Shown here: piece by piece, positions 39,446 through 54,012 of the stretch
Layout of the letters: every line of letters begins with the position of its first letter
Position numbering within the stretch: position 1 is the stretch's first letter
From: Octopus vulgaris
Taxonomy: Eukaryota
Length of the DNA: 64,000 nt
Assembly: GCA_951406725.2 (NCBI GenBank)
Contig: OX597827.1
Location: 79,918,001-79,982,000, forward strand
Direction: 5' to 3'
Notes under the pieces: model-generated
What the model saw: the letters and a program-made list of their open reading frames with translations, nothing else
What the model was told of the DNA's origin: nothing
Database searches by the model: none
Position numbers and translations under genes: made by a program

Positions 39446-40304
39446 TATTATTATTATGATTGTATGTAGGTAGGGGCACATCCTTTGCCTCTTGACATGC
39501 TTTTTGTGGACTACTAAAAAAAACAATTTCATGATATAAAGAGAGCACACCTAAATATACACACCTGGTTACCAAGTTCTACATGCATGAATGAATTCTA
39601 ACAGCATAACCCTGAATTTAATGAATAAAAATTTCTTCAAAACACCCCTCTCTCCCAACCCTAACCCTAACCACCTAATTACCACTCCACTCAAACCCAA
39701 CGAAGATCTTTCGTTCAACAGACACTATATAAAGTCAAGAGTAACTCTATGTTGCAGACCAATGATGGCTGAGGTGGCCAAAACTTCAAAGTCACTGTCA
39801 GTAATATTCAGGTTTAAGAACAATAAATCTGTACTCTAGAAAAGTATAGAGTGACTCTGGAGATTAATGTCAAATCGTTTTTATTATAACTGAACATAAA
39901 AACAAACACATATATACATACATACATACATATATATATATATGTATATAAAATCATCATCATCATAATTTAATGTCAGTTTCCCAAGCTGGCATGGGTT
40001 GGACAGGTTGACGGGGGCTAGATAGACAGAATACTGCACCAAGCTACAATGTCTGTTTTGGCAGGGTTTTTATGGCCAGATGCCCTTCCTAACACCAACC
40101 ACTTTACTGTGCAGACTGAGTGCTTTATATAAGAGCAAAATATTAGTAAACTGAACATATGTTTATATAATATCACTTTAGAGAATAATCATAATCGTTT
40201 TCTTCTTCCTGGCATGGGTTGGGTGGGACTTTTATTGAGGGAGTGTTTTAAGTGAGATGCTATAAGTATAGATATATGACTGAATTGACTGTATGTCAGT
40301 GTAA

Positions 40305-40620
40305 TATTGGAGGAGACCCCCTTCGGTCATGAATGAGACCATGGGATTGCACCTAGAAAGTTACCCTCTGAGGCACAAGTCTGGGCAAGTCCCATGCATA
40401 CCAGCCTCTCCTCTCAACACCACTGATGTTATCCAAGGGAAAAGCCGATACAGCTTGGCACCAGTGATGTCGTAACTCATTTCTACAGCTGAGTTAACTG
40501 GAGCAATGTGAAATAAAGTGTCTTGCTCAAGAGCACAACATGCAGCCCAGTCCGGGAATCGAACTCACAACCTCACAATTGTAAGCTCGATGCTCTAACC
40601 ACTGAGCCATGCACCTTCAC
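40305..40620 (-). mobile_element. tRNA-derived SINE
   Basis: Minus head gtgaaggtgcatggctcagtggttagagc...gagttcgattcccgg followed by a non-tRNA body. Confidence 0.75.
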
Positions 40621-42565
40621 AATATTACAGCACTGAAAATGCTCAAATATACTCATGTAATCTTCAGGTAATCAACATTACAGATGAAGTTTGGATATTG
40701 ATGAGTCCTTACTTTTCGTGTGGTACTTGTGTGAGGTTTATATTGATGAAATATAACCAATCTTTCTTAATAATAGAATAGTTTTTGCTTCTGTAAACCA
40801 TGCAGGAATTCATAAATGTAGAATTAATGAACCCCTGCTATTATGGAGAAAATGGATGGAAACAAGAGTAATGGAGGAATTGCAGTTGGTTAATCGTTAA
40901 GGTTTATCAGTGAGAGGCAAAAAGTGGGTAAAAAGATACAATTAAGTAGATTAGTAAGAGAGGACTGGTTAATGAATATTACTTAAAAACCTGTGACAAA
41001 GTGTAAATGTTTCCCATTAAGTGTAGGCATAACATTGATGGTTAAGAAGATTTGCAATCACATGGTGTTTCTGGGTTCAATCTCACTGCACAACACCTTG
41101 AGCAAGTTTCTTCTACTGTAGTCTCAGGCTGACAATGCCTTTGGAATTAAATTTCTTAAATGGAAGCTGTGTGGAAATCTATTGTGTGTGTGTGGAGAGA
41201 CAGACAGACAGACAGTGTGATTGCAAGTACAAAGAGTATTGAGTCCCTTCATATCAGAAAATAACTCAGTGAATTGAGAAATAATGCCAGATTGAAATAA
41301 ATCCTGGTAGGGGTCAATATAATTAACTAAAACCCATGTAGATGGTGCTCCAGCATGACCACAATCCAAGGAATCCAAGAATTAAAATCAACAGTAATGT
41401 AGCAAAGGAGGTAGAGACAGATTTAAACCAATTCCATAGAGTTAACATCATTTGTCATAGTTCTGGTGCTAAGGCTCTAGATACCAGTAACATACTGAGG
41501 GGTTAATCTTAAGATATTTGATCACATCTGATGTGTTTGTCTCTTCAAGAGGAGAAACAAAATGTCGTTTCAGAGTTGAAGAGAAAATTTGCACAAAAAC
41601 TGATAAAGGGTAGACAACTCTTGATTAGACGTATTTTATTGGAGCAGTTGAAGAAACGAAGCATTCAGAGCACGATGCTGACGATGATGATGATGCTGGT
41701 GTTGACGATGATGATGATGATGATGATGATGGTCGTGCAATGATAGCTGTAAATAATATAGTTAAAGGTTGGCTGATATATTTAATAAAAGGATCCAAAT
41801 GAGATGCTTAATTAAAATTAAACCCAACAGAGAGGCGAAATGATTAATTAGCTTTAATGAGTAATTCTGAGCATAAGAAAAAAGAAAGAGAGGGTACACT
41901 GCAAAATCCCATCTCAGGAAAAGGTTATGCAGGAAACGGGGTGGAGTGATATTTCTAGCATTTAGTCAGAAAGTGAAGGGCAGCACTTATGAACCTATTT
42001 TTTCAGAGCCCAGGAGACTGGAGAGAGACGGAGGGGCGGGGAATCAACTTCCAACTGCAGACCTGACCTGAATGTGTGCAACAGAGTGAAGTGCATTAAA
42101 GGCCCCTAAGGACCAGGTGGTGGTGTTTAACTGGGCAGCAGAATGCAAACAGACCCGAACCAATTCAACAAAGTATCTTAGTCTGGGACTCTGACAATTC
42201 TTATCAAGTCCCCCAAGCTGAAACAAGGGAAGTCAAGACTGACATCAGCTAGATTTGAACTTAGATTGCAGAGAACTGGAAACAAATACTATGAGACATT
42301 TTGTGTGACACCCTGATGACTCTGTCAATTCCCCACCTGTCTAGATGCAAATGATGATGAGGATGAGGATGATGAGGATGGTAATTATCATTATCTGTTG
42401 ATAAAGGAAGGAAAGGAGAAAAATTGGTAGAAATTGTTTGACAACAATAATGTTGATGGTGGGAGCAATGACAGTGATTAAGACATCATTAATTAGGGAT
42501 TCGAATAATATTGGTGGTGATGATGATGATGATGATGGTATTTAAGACATTATTAGCATATCAAT

Positions 42566-42800
42566 AAGGTGGTGAGCTGGCAGAATCGTTAGCACACTGG
42601 GCGAAATGCTTAGCAGTATTTTGTCTGGCTTTACGTTCTGAGTTCAAATTCCACCGAGGTCAACTTTGCCTTTCATCCTTTCAGGGTTGATAAATTAAGT
42701 ACCAGTTGCATACTGGGGTCGGTCTAATCGACTGCCCCACCACCCACCAAAAAAAAAGAGAAAAAAAATTCAGGCCTTGTGCCTATAGCAGAAAGGATTA
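42566..42800 (+). mobile_element. SINE (family B)
   Basis: Near-complete copy: aaggtggtgagctggcagaatcgttagc...caggccttgtgcctatagcagaaagg. Confidence 0.75.
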
Positions 42801-44234
42801 TTAACATGTCAATGTGATAATGTTGATGGAGATAGTAATGATGGTGATTAAGGCATTAACTCATGACTGTAATAATGCTCATAATAGGGGACAATGTTAG
42901 TGATTAACTTGTGACAACTGTAATTATTTATCCTCCTGTCAAACTTAATTAAGTAGATTAAAGGTATTCCAGTCTTTTACAGGTTATGTAGGACTACAAT
43001 TTCCAAAGTAACCTTTTTTCTGTAAGGCAATAGAGTGTGACTTTGAAGGAGATTTGGCTGATGTTTCTTGCATTCATATGACCATGTTGAGGATCTTTCT
43101 CTGCTGTATAACATGTTGGAGATTGCTTTTTATAGGTTCTGTTCTGGCTTGTTGAGGTTCAGTTCAGGTTAAGAATAAATATAATACTTGTGCTTGAAGG
43201 AAAAATATAGAAATGTTGTGTGAATTGTTTGAAGTAAATTGTTGACAGTTGAAGATTGAATGGGTTAAAGATAAACTCTACCTAAATGGTTTCTTTCCAC
43301 ATTGTCACTGGACAGTAAAGAATTTCTCAAGACATTACTACTGAGAAAACAATTTAAATGTTAGGCAAGTTACTTCACTGGAATGTCACTTAAGGCCGTT
43401 GTTGCTCTGCACCCAATAATATCCATTAACAATATCTATTGATACCAAATCAATTGTTACTAATATCTGTAACGTTCAGGAAGTTTCTAAACTTGCACAC
43501 ACACTCTGCCAACTGGCTTCATATGCAACACTCAGTAAATCAGATTCAAATGGTTGCCTCCTGATACTGCAGCTGCTCTGTTTTTTTACTATTCTTTAAA
43601 ACATTCTTCTACTGATTTATTAAGAAATCTGACAATTATGCAAGGGCAGAATCTCTTTTACATCAAGTAAAAGATTGTAATACTTCTCCATCATCAGTTT
43701 GTATCCTACCTAATTTGGATTACAACATTGCTCTCTGTTCCAATCCTTGTATCACTAAAATTGTGTTAAACTAATGGGAAAAAGTTGAAAATATGAGATC
43801 TTTTTTTTCCCCCTTTTTATACCTCTTCCATTGACATGATACAACTTACACCAATATGATATTTACTAATTCACTCTACAATCATCACCTGTTCAAGTCC
43901 ATAAAAGAACCAATTTTTTTTGCAAGTCAGGCTTGGCATAAGCTATGTTTGTTATTCTTTTATCAGTTAAAGATACTGACAAGTTGTGGTGCACCTGAGC
44001 ACTGTATACAATAATTTCATTATTATTATTATTATACTAGTTCTCATAAGTGAATTTTCTTCCTCTTCAACTTTATCCTTCAGCAAAGGTCACAGCTTTC
44101 AATTCTACATAACATCACTTATTTTTCTCACTATTATCATCATTTCTTAACTCTATACTACATAATAGAAGATGATAGTACCTAGAAATATAATGAAAGC
44201 AAACTATTTAAAAGTGAGGGTCCTCTGAAATTGG

Positions 44235-44562
44235 ACATATTTACAAAGTCGGAAAACAGCACAGCTCCCATGACTTCAGGAAACATTTTTTCACGCTGAG
44301 GGTTGCTGAAGCATGGAACAAACTGCCGGCATCAGTTGTTAGTTGTCGGAGCACTGCATCCTTCAAACTTCTATGCTTCCTGAGATTCGCCAACACTACA
44401 CTTGATTTTCTCCCCTCCATACACACACAAGCATGTATCTGACTCATGCATTGTTCGCTTTCCAGGCATTTCTACATTACTGCAATGTACTTTATATGCA
44501 CTTTCTGACAAGTTGTGGTGCACCTGAGCACTGTATACAATAATTTCATTATTATTATTATT
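44235..44562 (+). mobile_element. CR1-like LINE 3' end
   Basis: RKHFFTLRVAEAWNKLPASVVSCRSTASFK, then UTR and (ATT)n tail. The last ~58 bp recur at 43977-44035. Confidence 0.75.
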
Positions 44563-45572
44563 TCATTATAAAGCTGATACATATGATAAATTTAATTGTA
44601 GCATTCGGGTGGACAGTCTCTCTGGTAATATTTCACAGAGTGAAGGGTAGATTGGATAATATTTGTGTACAAAGTGAGACATTGCTTCATATGTGGTAGA
44701 TGTAGTTAGTAACAAAAGAACATGTTAAATAAATTCTTTCCAATGCTTGTTGATAGCTTATGTTATCTGGATGACCTAAATAGAAATGGTGGTGATTGTT
44801 TTGAAAGTATAGTAGCCAAGGAAGCTAGTTCCTTTACTAACAGCAAAGGGTTTCCCTTTTTAGAATGAAGGGCAGATTGCTTGATGCTGTATAGTAACAA
44901 GACAGGGGCATTGAATGTAAAGAATTTATGAAGGCTAAAAAGAAATGAAGTGGGTAGGCTTTACTGAATGTGTAATGTTAATGTGCATGAATAAATGGAC
45001 TGAGAAAGGACCTGAATATAAGGGGAATCGGAAAGCTTTATCAAGCTGAGTGCTCAAAGTAACTAAAAACCTATGGAAGAATGAAACCCTGGAAGATGAG
45101 ATGATGCGAAGCAGGTTGATCTCAAAATATTGAGTTCCATAAAGGAAATAATTGGGAACATATGGTGTGGAGAAAACCCTTCATTTACGCAAGCCTGGTG
45201 AAACCGACATGAAAATGGAGGGGGTGATGCAGTGTTGGATGTGTAATAATATAGATTTCTCTTTGGGTTCTACCTCTCCCTTATTATGTCACTGCTAAAC
45301 CTCCATCTACTTCCCCCACCTCCTGTTTGACCCTTTCATCTGTCACTCACCTTCCATTCACTATATACCACACTGTCTGTGTTATGAAGGATGGCACTGG
45401 ATCTGTTCCTCACCACCACTACATTTATTATTAAGGAATTGCCCCAAACCTGTCTCTATCCAATGCACCTTACCATCACCTTTCTCTACAACCTGCCATC
45501 ATTCCTTTACTCCCGGGTTATTCATTATTGACATATTCATACCATTGCCCACTGTCCATCTGTGTGTGTGTG

Positions 45573-45634
<62 letters not shown>

Positions 45635-48181
45635 CCTCTCTTACCAGCAAACACGTAGCTGCCATCACTCTCTCCTCTCAATCTGTTCATTCTGTTTTTC
45701 CCATCAGGCTCGCTCTTCTTCCACTCTGGTTCTCCTGGTATCAGTCTCTCTTATTCGATCTCTTGTTCACCTTTCCTGGAATTAATATAGATATCATAAA
45801 GTAGTGAGGACTCTGTTGTCCTGTGGGGCACAAGGCAACTTCACTGGTGCTGGTGCCAGGATAAAATGCATTAAATACATTCTATAAAGTGATTAGCAAA
45901 TGAATGGAGACAGCATTGGATTGAGAAGGTTCCATAGTCTTGTCAAGGACAGGTAAACTTTCTCTAGTGCTGGTGCCACAAAAACATATATGCCCAGTAT
46001 ACTCTGGGAAATGGATCATGTTAGGAAGAACATTTGGTCAAAGACAGAAAGTACGAGCAAGATGTGGTCCTCCGGCCTGTTTAGAAGGGCAGCAAGCACC
46101 GACTTGGACCATAACAACCCATCCAACCCATGACAGCATAGAAAGCAGATATAAAATGGTGCAGATGGTTTATGTTTATATATTTTACTGAAAGTGGTAA
46201 ACACTGATAATAAACTAGTGTTTGTGAATGAAATTCTCTCACCATTGGAAATGCAATAAACCAAGGGTCAACCAACTGGGAACCTGTCCTCCCCTGCCAC
46301 AATGCTATTGTTTGTAAATTGTGATATAAAATAAAAAAAATTAAAAAATCCTTTTATGCAACAGAAGCAGTATTGAATTAAAAATTGTATCTGTGTATCA
46401 TACTTAATGCAGAAACAGTGATGGTTATTTTATTCTAATACTGCCCCTGTGGTATATAATGAATTTTCATTCAGCCAGGCAACCAATCACAACACCAGTG
46501 ATTGCTTTCAATTGCTGTTTTCCTATTTCAGTAGAGACATATTTTGACTTAACACGCAGCTAGTAGTGGGTTCAAGCTACCGGCAAAACCCAATCGAGCA
46601 GAAATCTGTACCTAAACACTTTCACTCTTGGACAGTTTTCATTTGCTGCTGACATAGTTTTGTGGCTTGAAACACAAGGCATTCATAAGCGATGACTACC
46701 ACACTTAATTTGCCTTTCCTAGTGTCTCTGCATTAATTATGATACACAAATGGCTAAATAAAAATGCATTATTGAGTTTAACAAGTTGTTCTTCATACAA
46801 CAACCCATATTATATGTTGAGTATTTTAAAGAAAGGAAAGATATGAAACTCAAACAAAAATTAAATGTTCAGCTTTTATTTTACAAAATTAGTATTTCTA
46901 AGTGGAAAGATCAGCATTTCTTCTCTGAAGTGTATATTAACAATTGCTGAGAAGATTCATGGAGGTGAATTTAATGCTCTGCTATTTAGACAAGGTACTA
47001 CTTTCCTGAAAGTGCAATGGCAACGGGTTAGATAGGAATTTACACAGGAATTGAGATAGAGAGTGGTCCTAAACTATTGGATACAATAACGTACTATTAT
47101 AGTTATAATGTACTATTAGTCCAACCCATGCTAGCATGGAAAGCGGACGTTAAACGAACGATAATTTATAATAAAGTAGGTAACATAATTATTTAATAAG
47201 GCAGACTGATGTAAACAGAATTCTGTGTCTTATATACGGTCACAACATTGTACATATCAAAGAATCTAGGCAAATATATCAAAAGTTCAGGCTAACTGAA
47301 TAATTCATTAAATAAAAACCCAGATTTTGAAGAGAGTAATTATTTTTTCTATATTCTAAGCAAAGCTTATCTTGTTCATGAGGTATGACATGATTGCCCA
47401 AGATATTAATATGATACTATATATTAGGACACAGCTCCAAAGCAGACAGGAACGGTGGTTATATAAGCAATTGATAGAGTATAGAAGCTGTAAGAACATA
47501 GAAAAATGATGCTATATCGTGTTTACTATTTTTAGATTATTATTTCATATAATAGAAACTGCTGTAAAAGGTGGATGTCAAATGCCAGCTTCCATCACCG
47601 ATTTAATACTTTGAGAGAGCAAAAGTATGGGTAAAGTTTGAGAGAAAATCCATTGGTGCCCTCAAGCATTTTGAAGTTATTCAACATGGCTGTTTTCCAA
47701 TAATTCCAGCAGCTGGTGCCAATGCTACCATTTCATTGCTTCAACTTGGACAACGATACTTTAACTGAGAGAAGCCATAATGGACAGTTCCGTACCTGTT
47801 GCCAGCTTAATGGTAATGGCTTCACGGTAAATGCTATGGCAAGGACATTAAATTATATCACACCTAGAATTCTTCCAATGTTAATAAATCATTAGAATTT
47901 ATTAAATCATTTATAGAATATGAGGGGGTCTTAGTTCACTGGTGACCTAAACGAACAGGGATGCAGTGTAAATGCTATAATTGGTAATCCATTAGGTTCC
48001 AAGTTCACAGTTGAGGCTGGAGCTAGGGATCTGTAATAGGCTCCCATTTTAGCAGGTATTTATTAGGGGATAAAGGACAACAAAAACCAAGGCAGGACAA
48101 GTATCTCAAGTCATTTAGAGTATTTAATTAGAGTAAAGATGAATTTGAAGTAGTTAATTAATTAGTTAATTAATTAATTAA

Positions 48182-48259
48182 TGTCTTACAGCTGTTTCTA
48201 GGATATCCCAAGTGACAGGTTAGCATGTTCATACACTGAGTATTCTGTCATCAGAGATA
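48182..48259 (-). ncRNA. Hammerhead-like motif with canonical core and long stem II
   Basis: Minus strand tatct-CTGATGA-cagaatactcagtg...cacttgggatatccta-GAAAC-agct-GTA-agaca. Same stem III as the 3541 motif. Confidence 0.6.
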
Positions 48260-48699
48260 AGGTGAGTATGAAAGTTCAAGACAGAATTCACAGTTTATAA
48301 AAGAATAAAATAGCAGATAGAAGAATAAAGAGTAAAATGGTTGATAGAAGACTGGAGAGAGGAGAATAAAGTTCACAGTTCATCTTTTTCAAGAGGGTAT
48401 GGAGGTCGGTCCGTACTTCGGTGAAGGTTATAGGTCCTTAAGTGTAAATCCAAGCAGTATTTTGGCAGCATTCATGTTGAAGGAATAGATTAAGTGGTTA
48501 GCTGGTATGAGAATGGTCAACGTGGGGGGTAGACGGAGTGAGAGAGACAGACATCATGATAGGCAGATATGGGCTGTGAGTGAGTAAATAGAAGAGAGAG
48601 GAGAAAGGAATGGGATGTGGGGGGGGGGGGATGAATGAGGGCAAAGGTAAAATCATGAACTAAAAGTTAGAAGGGACAGGATGAACTACCTGCATCAAG

Positions 48700-49890
48700 T
48701 TGCTATAAAAGCAGGTAGTAATTATTTTACCTTGTCCTTATTCTTAGTGCAAGTTTTGAAGAGTGCAGTTCGATTTTAATAGTTATTTTTTTCAAAACTA
48801 TAATGGAAGTGACAAACGAGAATATTTGGCATATTTTGCTTTGTGAGTTCAATAAAGGCAACAACACAATGGAAAGTGCAAGGAACATTAATGTAGTATA
48901 TGGGAATTGGACAATAAGCATAAACCAGTGTCAACGGTGGTTCCAGAAATACTGAGCCAGAAACTACAGACTAGAAGATGAGCCTCATCCTGGAAGATCT
49001 GTAGAGCTTAACGAGGTTGTCCTGCAAACCCTGGTGGAACAAAGTCCCATCGTAACTGTTGAAGGACTAGCATAGAGGCTTGGATCTGGTCATTCAACCA
49101 TTCATCAACACATGCGTGCCATTGGAAAAGTCAGCAAATTGGATCGATGGGTTCCTCACAAAATTTCCAAGTCTAATTGCATGCAAAGAATGAATGTCTG
49201 CTCTTGTTTTCTGTCACAAATTAACCTTTTCTGGATCAAATAGTGATTAGTGACAAGAAATGGGTTCTCTATAAAAATGTCAAGTACCAAAGACAGTGGG
49301 TAGGAAAAGAGGAAATACTGGCACCTCAGGCTAAAGAAGGTCTTTACCCATGTAAGGTGTTATCTGTTTGGTGGGATATGAAAGGTTTAACCCACTTTGA
49401 ACTTTTAAACCCAAACCAAATGATAACAAAGGAGATCAACTGTGAGCAGCTTGAGTGGCTTAAGTCAGCGCTAGAAGAAAAATGATCATCTTTGGTTTCA
49501 AGATGAAAGGTGTTCTTGCATCAGGATAATGCTTGGCCACATGCAACGAGAATGACATTCCAAGGGCTGGATCTTTTTAAATGGGAAATGATGTCCCACC
49601 CACCATATTCGCTGGATATTGCCCCATCTGATTATCATTTATTCCACAGTCTTTAAAATCATTTGGACAGAAAATGCATGAATTCTGTAGACGAGGTCAG
49701 AACAGTACTGGAGGAATGTTTTCCGCAACGGACAAGTGAATCGTGGAAGAGGGGTCTTGCAAGTCTAGCAGATAGATGGAAGAGCATTGTAGAAAAAGGA
49801 GGAGAGTTTATTTTAGATTAAAAAAGAACTTTGTTTCTCTTAATTTTGAAAAATAAAAGAAGTTTAAAAAAAAAAACCCACATTATTTAT
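48700..49890 (+). mobile_element. Decayed mariner transposon (transposase pseudogene 48803-49821)
   Basis: MEVTNENIWHILLCEFNKG...QRWFQK...LDRWVPHK...ISDKKWVLYKN...LSVWWDMKG...HQDNAWPH...HPPYSLDIAPSDYHLFHSL, with stops and frameshifts. Confidence 0.92.
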
Positions 49891-52800
49891 GAGGTGTGGT
49901 CAAGAAACTCACTTTGGGACCCTGTGGTTTTAGGTTCAGTCCCACTGTGCAGCATATTATGCAAGTGTTTTCTTACTGTAGCCCCAAACCAGCCAATACA
50001 TAGTGAGTGAATTCGGAGAAGCCTATCGTGTGTGTGTGTGTGTGTGTCCCCATCCCTTGTCTCACTACTTGACAATGAGTGTTGGTTTCTTTGACTAAAC
50101 CCTTCAAGACACTACCCCAGCATGGCTGCAATCCAATGACAGAACCAAATAACAGATAAGATATACTCATGCATGCACATGCAAGCACACACACACACAC
50201 ATCTAATTATTATCTCACTAATTTATGATGAGCAATAAGGCCTACAAAAAACCTTTGCCTCTGCTTGTGAATTGTCATAAGTCATAATCTTAAATTAATT
50301 TAGATGTTCAGTGGCCAATTAATTATAGTAATGAGATAGTGGTAAAAAGACACTAACGAATTCTGTAAAAAGCATCATTTAATCCATTTAGGTCTCCCAC
50401 TTGCTTCATTTCGTGTGGTTGGACAATGCTTGCCTTAATTAATCGAGCTGGATGTTAAATGCCTCAATACATGTAAGTAGATATTACTTGGCTCAGAGTC
50501 AGTTTAGCTGGGTGTCTCTGGCCACTACCAATCTATTTGCCTCAATCGTTCAGGCTGGACAATACTTCTCTTGCCTCAATCAGTTTCACCAGAGAATTCG
50601 TTCCATTTTCAATGTCAAATGTTAAACCAAGTGTTCAGCCTTAACAATTCATCTGTGCATTTCTAACTCTATAGAGAGAATCAACTAATTTATCTTAATG
50701 TTGATTAATGAAGTTATTTCCATGGAAGAAAATTAAAGTTTGGAAGCCAAAAGAGCTCAAAGAGTGCAAATATTGTGGATCTTGGCAGGTAACAAGTAGA
50801 AGTGCTTGTGGTGCCTTTCCACAATTTTTGGTTGAACTGAATAATTAAAATCTCACCCATCGATGTCTTCGTATTCCATAAAAAAAATTATTTTTAACTG
50901 TAATATCTAAATATCTTTTGTAAAGATAGAATGCTATAAGCAGGATATATATCCAGAAACATAATAATGGAAATGAATTCAAAGGCCCAGTCTCTGGAAA
51001 TGCCATTTGAGGCAGAGTAAGAGCTTACCTATTGCACCATGACAGAACTGGCAGCATTGTTAGAGCGTCTAACGAGATTCCTTGCATTTGGTTAGAAGTG
51101 TTTTTATGTTCTGAGTCCAACTGCAGTTGACTTTGCCTTTCATTATTCCTGGGGTCAATGAAATCCAGAAGCAATAAGGTAGGGGCTGTCCATTTAATCA
51201 ACTAAACTCTTGCTGCTCTAAAATTTCATCCTCTGTCTCTTTGTAGAAACTAATCTTATATGACATCCAGAGGAGTTGTATAAATTTTTAGCTAAAGGTA
51301 TTGGTTTCAAACTTTGGCACAAAGACAGCAATTTCAGGGGAGGAGTAAGTTGATTGTATCGACCCCAGTACATGATGGGTATTTAGTTTAATGACCCCAG
51401 AAAGATGAAAGGCATAGTTGACCTTGGTAGAATTTGAACTCAGAACCTAGATCTTTAGCTAGAGATATTGAGTGTAGCTAATATAACATAACATAAAGGC
51501 AGTGTTCTGCAGGATCATTGGCATGCTGGGCAATGCATAGCAGCTTTTCATCCATCTTTAGGTTCTGAGTTCAAATTCCACTGAGGCCGACTTTGACTTT
51601 CATCCTTTTGGGGTCAATAAAATAAGTACCAGTTGAACTCTGGGGTCAATGTAATCAAATTCACCTTCTCCAAAACTGCTGGCCTTGTGCCAAAATTTGA
51701 AACTAATATTAATAACATCTAGTGTAGTTATATAATGTTTAGTTACAGATACAACACAACAGTAAACATTTCTAAATTCTAAATATTTGCAAGATCAGGA
51801 ATTAAACACTGATTTAGTTTGGAGTTTTGAGCCTCAAACATAATGGAAGCAATGATCAACAGATCTGAAAAGCAACCACAAAACCCCAAATTGTAAGACA
51901 TTAATTGTTGAATCAACGTATCAAATATTGTTTGCTTAATACATCCCTGAATCTGAACACATGGAACTAGTTCAGACACAGCAGTATGAAGGATATTACT
52001 GACAGAGAAGGAGCTTCAATTTGAAGCAGAAACAAAGTTGTTGACATGGTACTTTGCAACTGAAATTGTAATCTCATCATTCTCTCAACTCATTTTAACA
52101 ATGAGACTAAGTGCTTGCCACTTGGAGAGAGTTTTCAGTATTGTAGCCTTGTCTCTCAGTACTATAGTGTTGTCTGTCAGTATTATAGTTTTATCTATAT
52201 CACTACTAGACTGTTGTCTTACAATATATTTTTTTTTAGTAAGGCGGCGAGCTGGTAGAAATGTGAGCACCCTGGGCGAAAAACTTTGCGGTATTTCATC
52301 TGTCTTTACGTTCTGAGTTCAAATTCTGCTGAAGTTGACTTTGCCTTTCATCCTTTTGGAGTCGATAAATTAAGCACCAGTTACTTAATGGGGTTGATCT
52401 AATTGACTGGCCCCCTCCCCAAAAATTTCAGGCCTTGTGCCTAGAGTAGAAAAGAATATTGTCTGCCAGTATAATAGTATTGTCTGTCAGTACTATAGTG
52501 TCTGTCAGTATTATAGTGTTATTTGTCAATAGTATAGTGTTATCTATCAGTACTGTAGTGTTGTCTGTCATTATTATGGTGTTGTTTGTCAGCACTATAT
52601 CATTGTTCATCAGTACCATAGTCTGTCAGTACTATAGTATTGACTATCAGTTTTATAATGTTGTCTTTCACTGCCCTAGTATTGACTATCAGTACTATAG
52701 TGCTGTCTGTCATCATCATCATCATTTAACGTCCATTGTCCATTCTGGCTTGGGTTGGATGGTTTGACCAGGGCTGGCAAGCTGGAAGACTGCATCAGAC

Positions 52801-53048
52801 TCCAATCTGATTTGGCCTGGCTTTCTCTGGCTGGATGCCCTTCCTAATGCCAACCACTCCAAGAGTGTAATGGGTGCATTTATGTGCCATTTGCATGACA
52901 CCAGTATCTGCCATGACTGCAATTTTGCTCGGCTTGAAGGGTCTTCTCAAGCGCGACATAAAGCAAAATGTGTTGGTCATTGCTTCCATGAGGCCCAACA
53001 CTCAAAAGGAACTCAGACACTTTGCCCCTCTGAGGCCTAACGCTCATT

Positions 53049-54012
53049 GTCTGTCAGTACTACAATACTGTCTGTCAGCACTATAGTGTTGTCTGTCAGC
53101 ACTATAGGGCTGTCTGTCAGCACTATAGGGCTGTCTGTCAGCACTATAGGGATGTCTGTCAGCACTATAGTGTTGTCTGTCAGCACTATAGGGCTGTCTG
53201 TTAGCACTATAGTGTTGTCTGTCAGCACTATAGGGTTGTCTGTCAGCACTATAGTGTTGTCTGTCAGCACTATAGGGCTGTCTGTCAGCACTATAGGGCT
53301 GTCTGTCAGCACTATAGGGATGTCTGTCAGCACTATAGTGTTGTCTGTCAGCACTATAGGGCTGTCTGTTAGCACTATAGTGTTGTCTGTCAGCATTATA
53401 GGGTTGTCTGTCAGCACTATAGTGTTGTCTGTCAGCACTATAGTGTTGTCTGTCAGCACTATAGGGCTGTCTGTCAGCACTATAGGGCTGTCTGTCAGCA
53501 CTATAGTGTTGTCTGTTAGCACTATAGTGTTGTCTGTCAGCACTATAGTGTTGTCTGTCAGCACTATAGGGCTGTCTGTCAGCACTATAGTGTTGTCTGT
53601 CAGCACTATAGTGTTGTCTGTCAGCACTATAGGGCTGTCTGTCAACACTATAGGGCTGTCTGTCAGCACTATAGGGCTGTCTGTCAGCACTATAGTGTTG
53701 TCTGTTAGCACTATAGGGCTGTCTGTCAGCACTATAGGGTTGTCTGTCAGCACTATAGTGTTGTCTGTCAGCACTATAGGGTTGTCTGTCAGCACTATAG
53801 GGCTGTCTGTCAGCACTATAGTGTTGTCTGTCAGCACTATAGGGTTGTCTGTCAGCACTATAGTGTTGTCTGTCAGCACTATAGGGTTGTCTGTCAGCAC
53901 TATAGGGCTGTCTGTCAGCACTATAGTGTTGTCTGTCAGCACTATAGTGTTGTCTGTAAGCACTATAGGGCTGTCTGTCAGCACTATAGCGTTGTCTGTC
54001 AGCACTATAGTG
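53049..54012 (+). repeat. 21-bp minisatellite, ~46 copies
   Basis: Unit gtctgtcagcactatag(tgtt/ggct/ggtt/ggat). Degenerate older copies at ~52135-52210 and 52460-52710. Confidence 0.95.
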
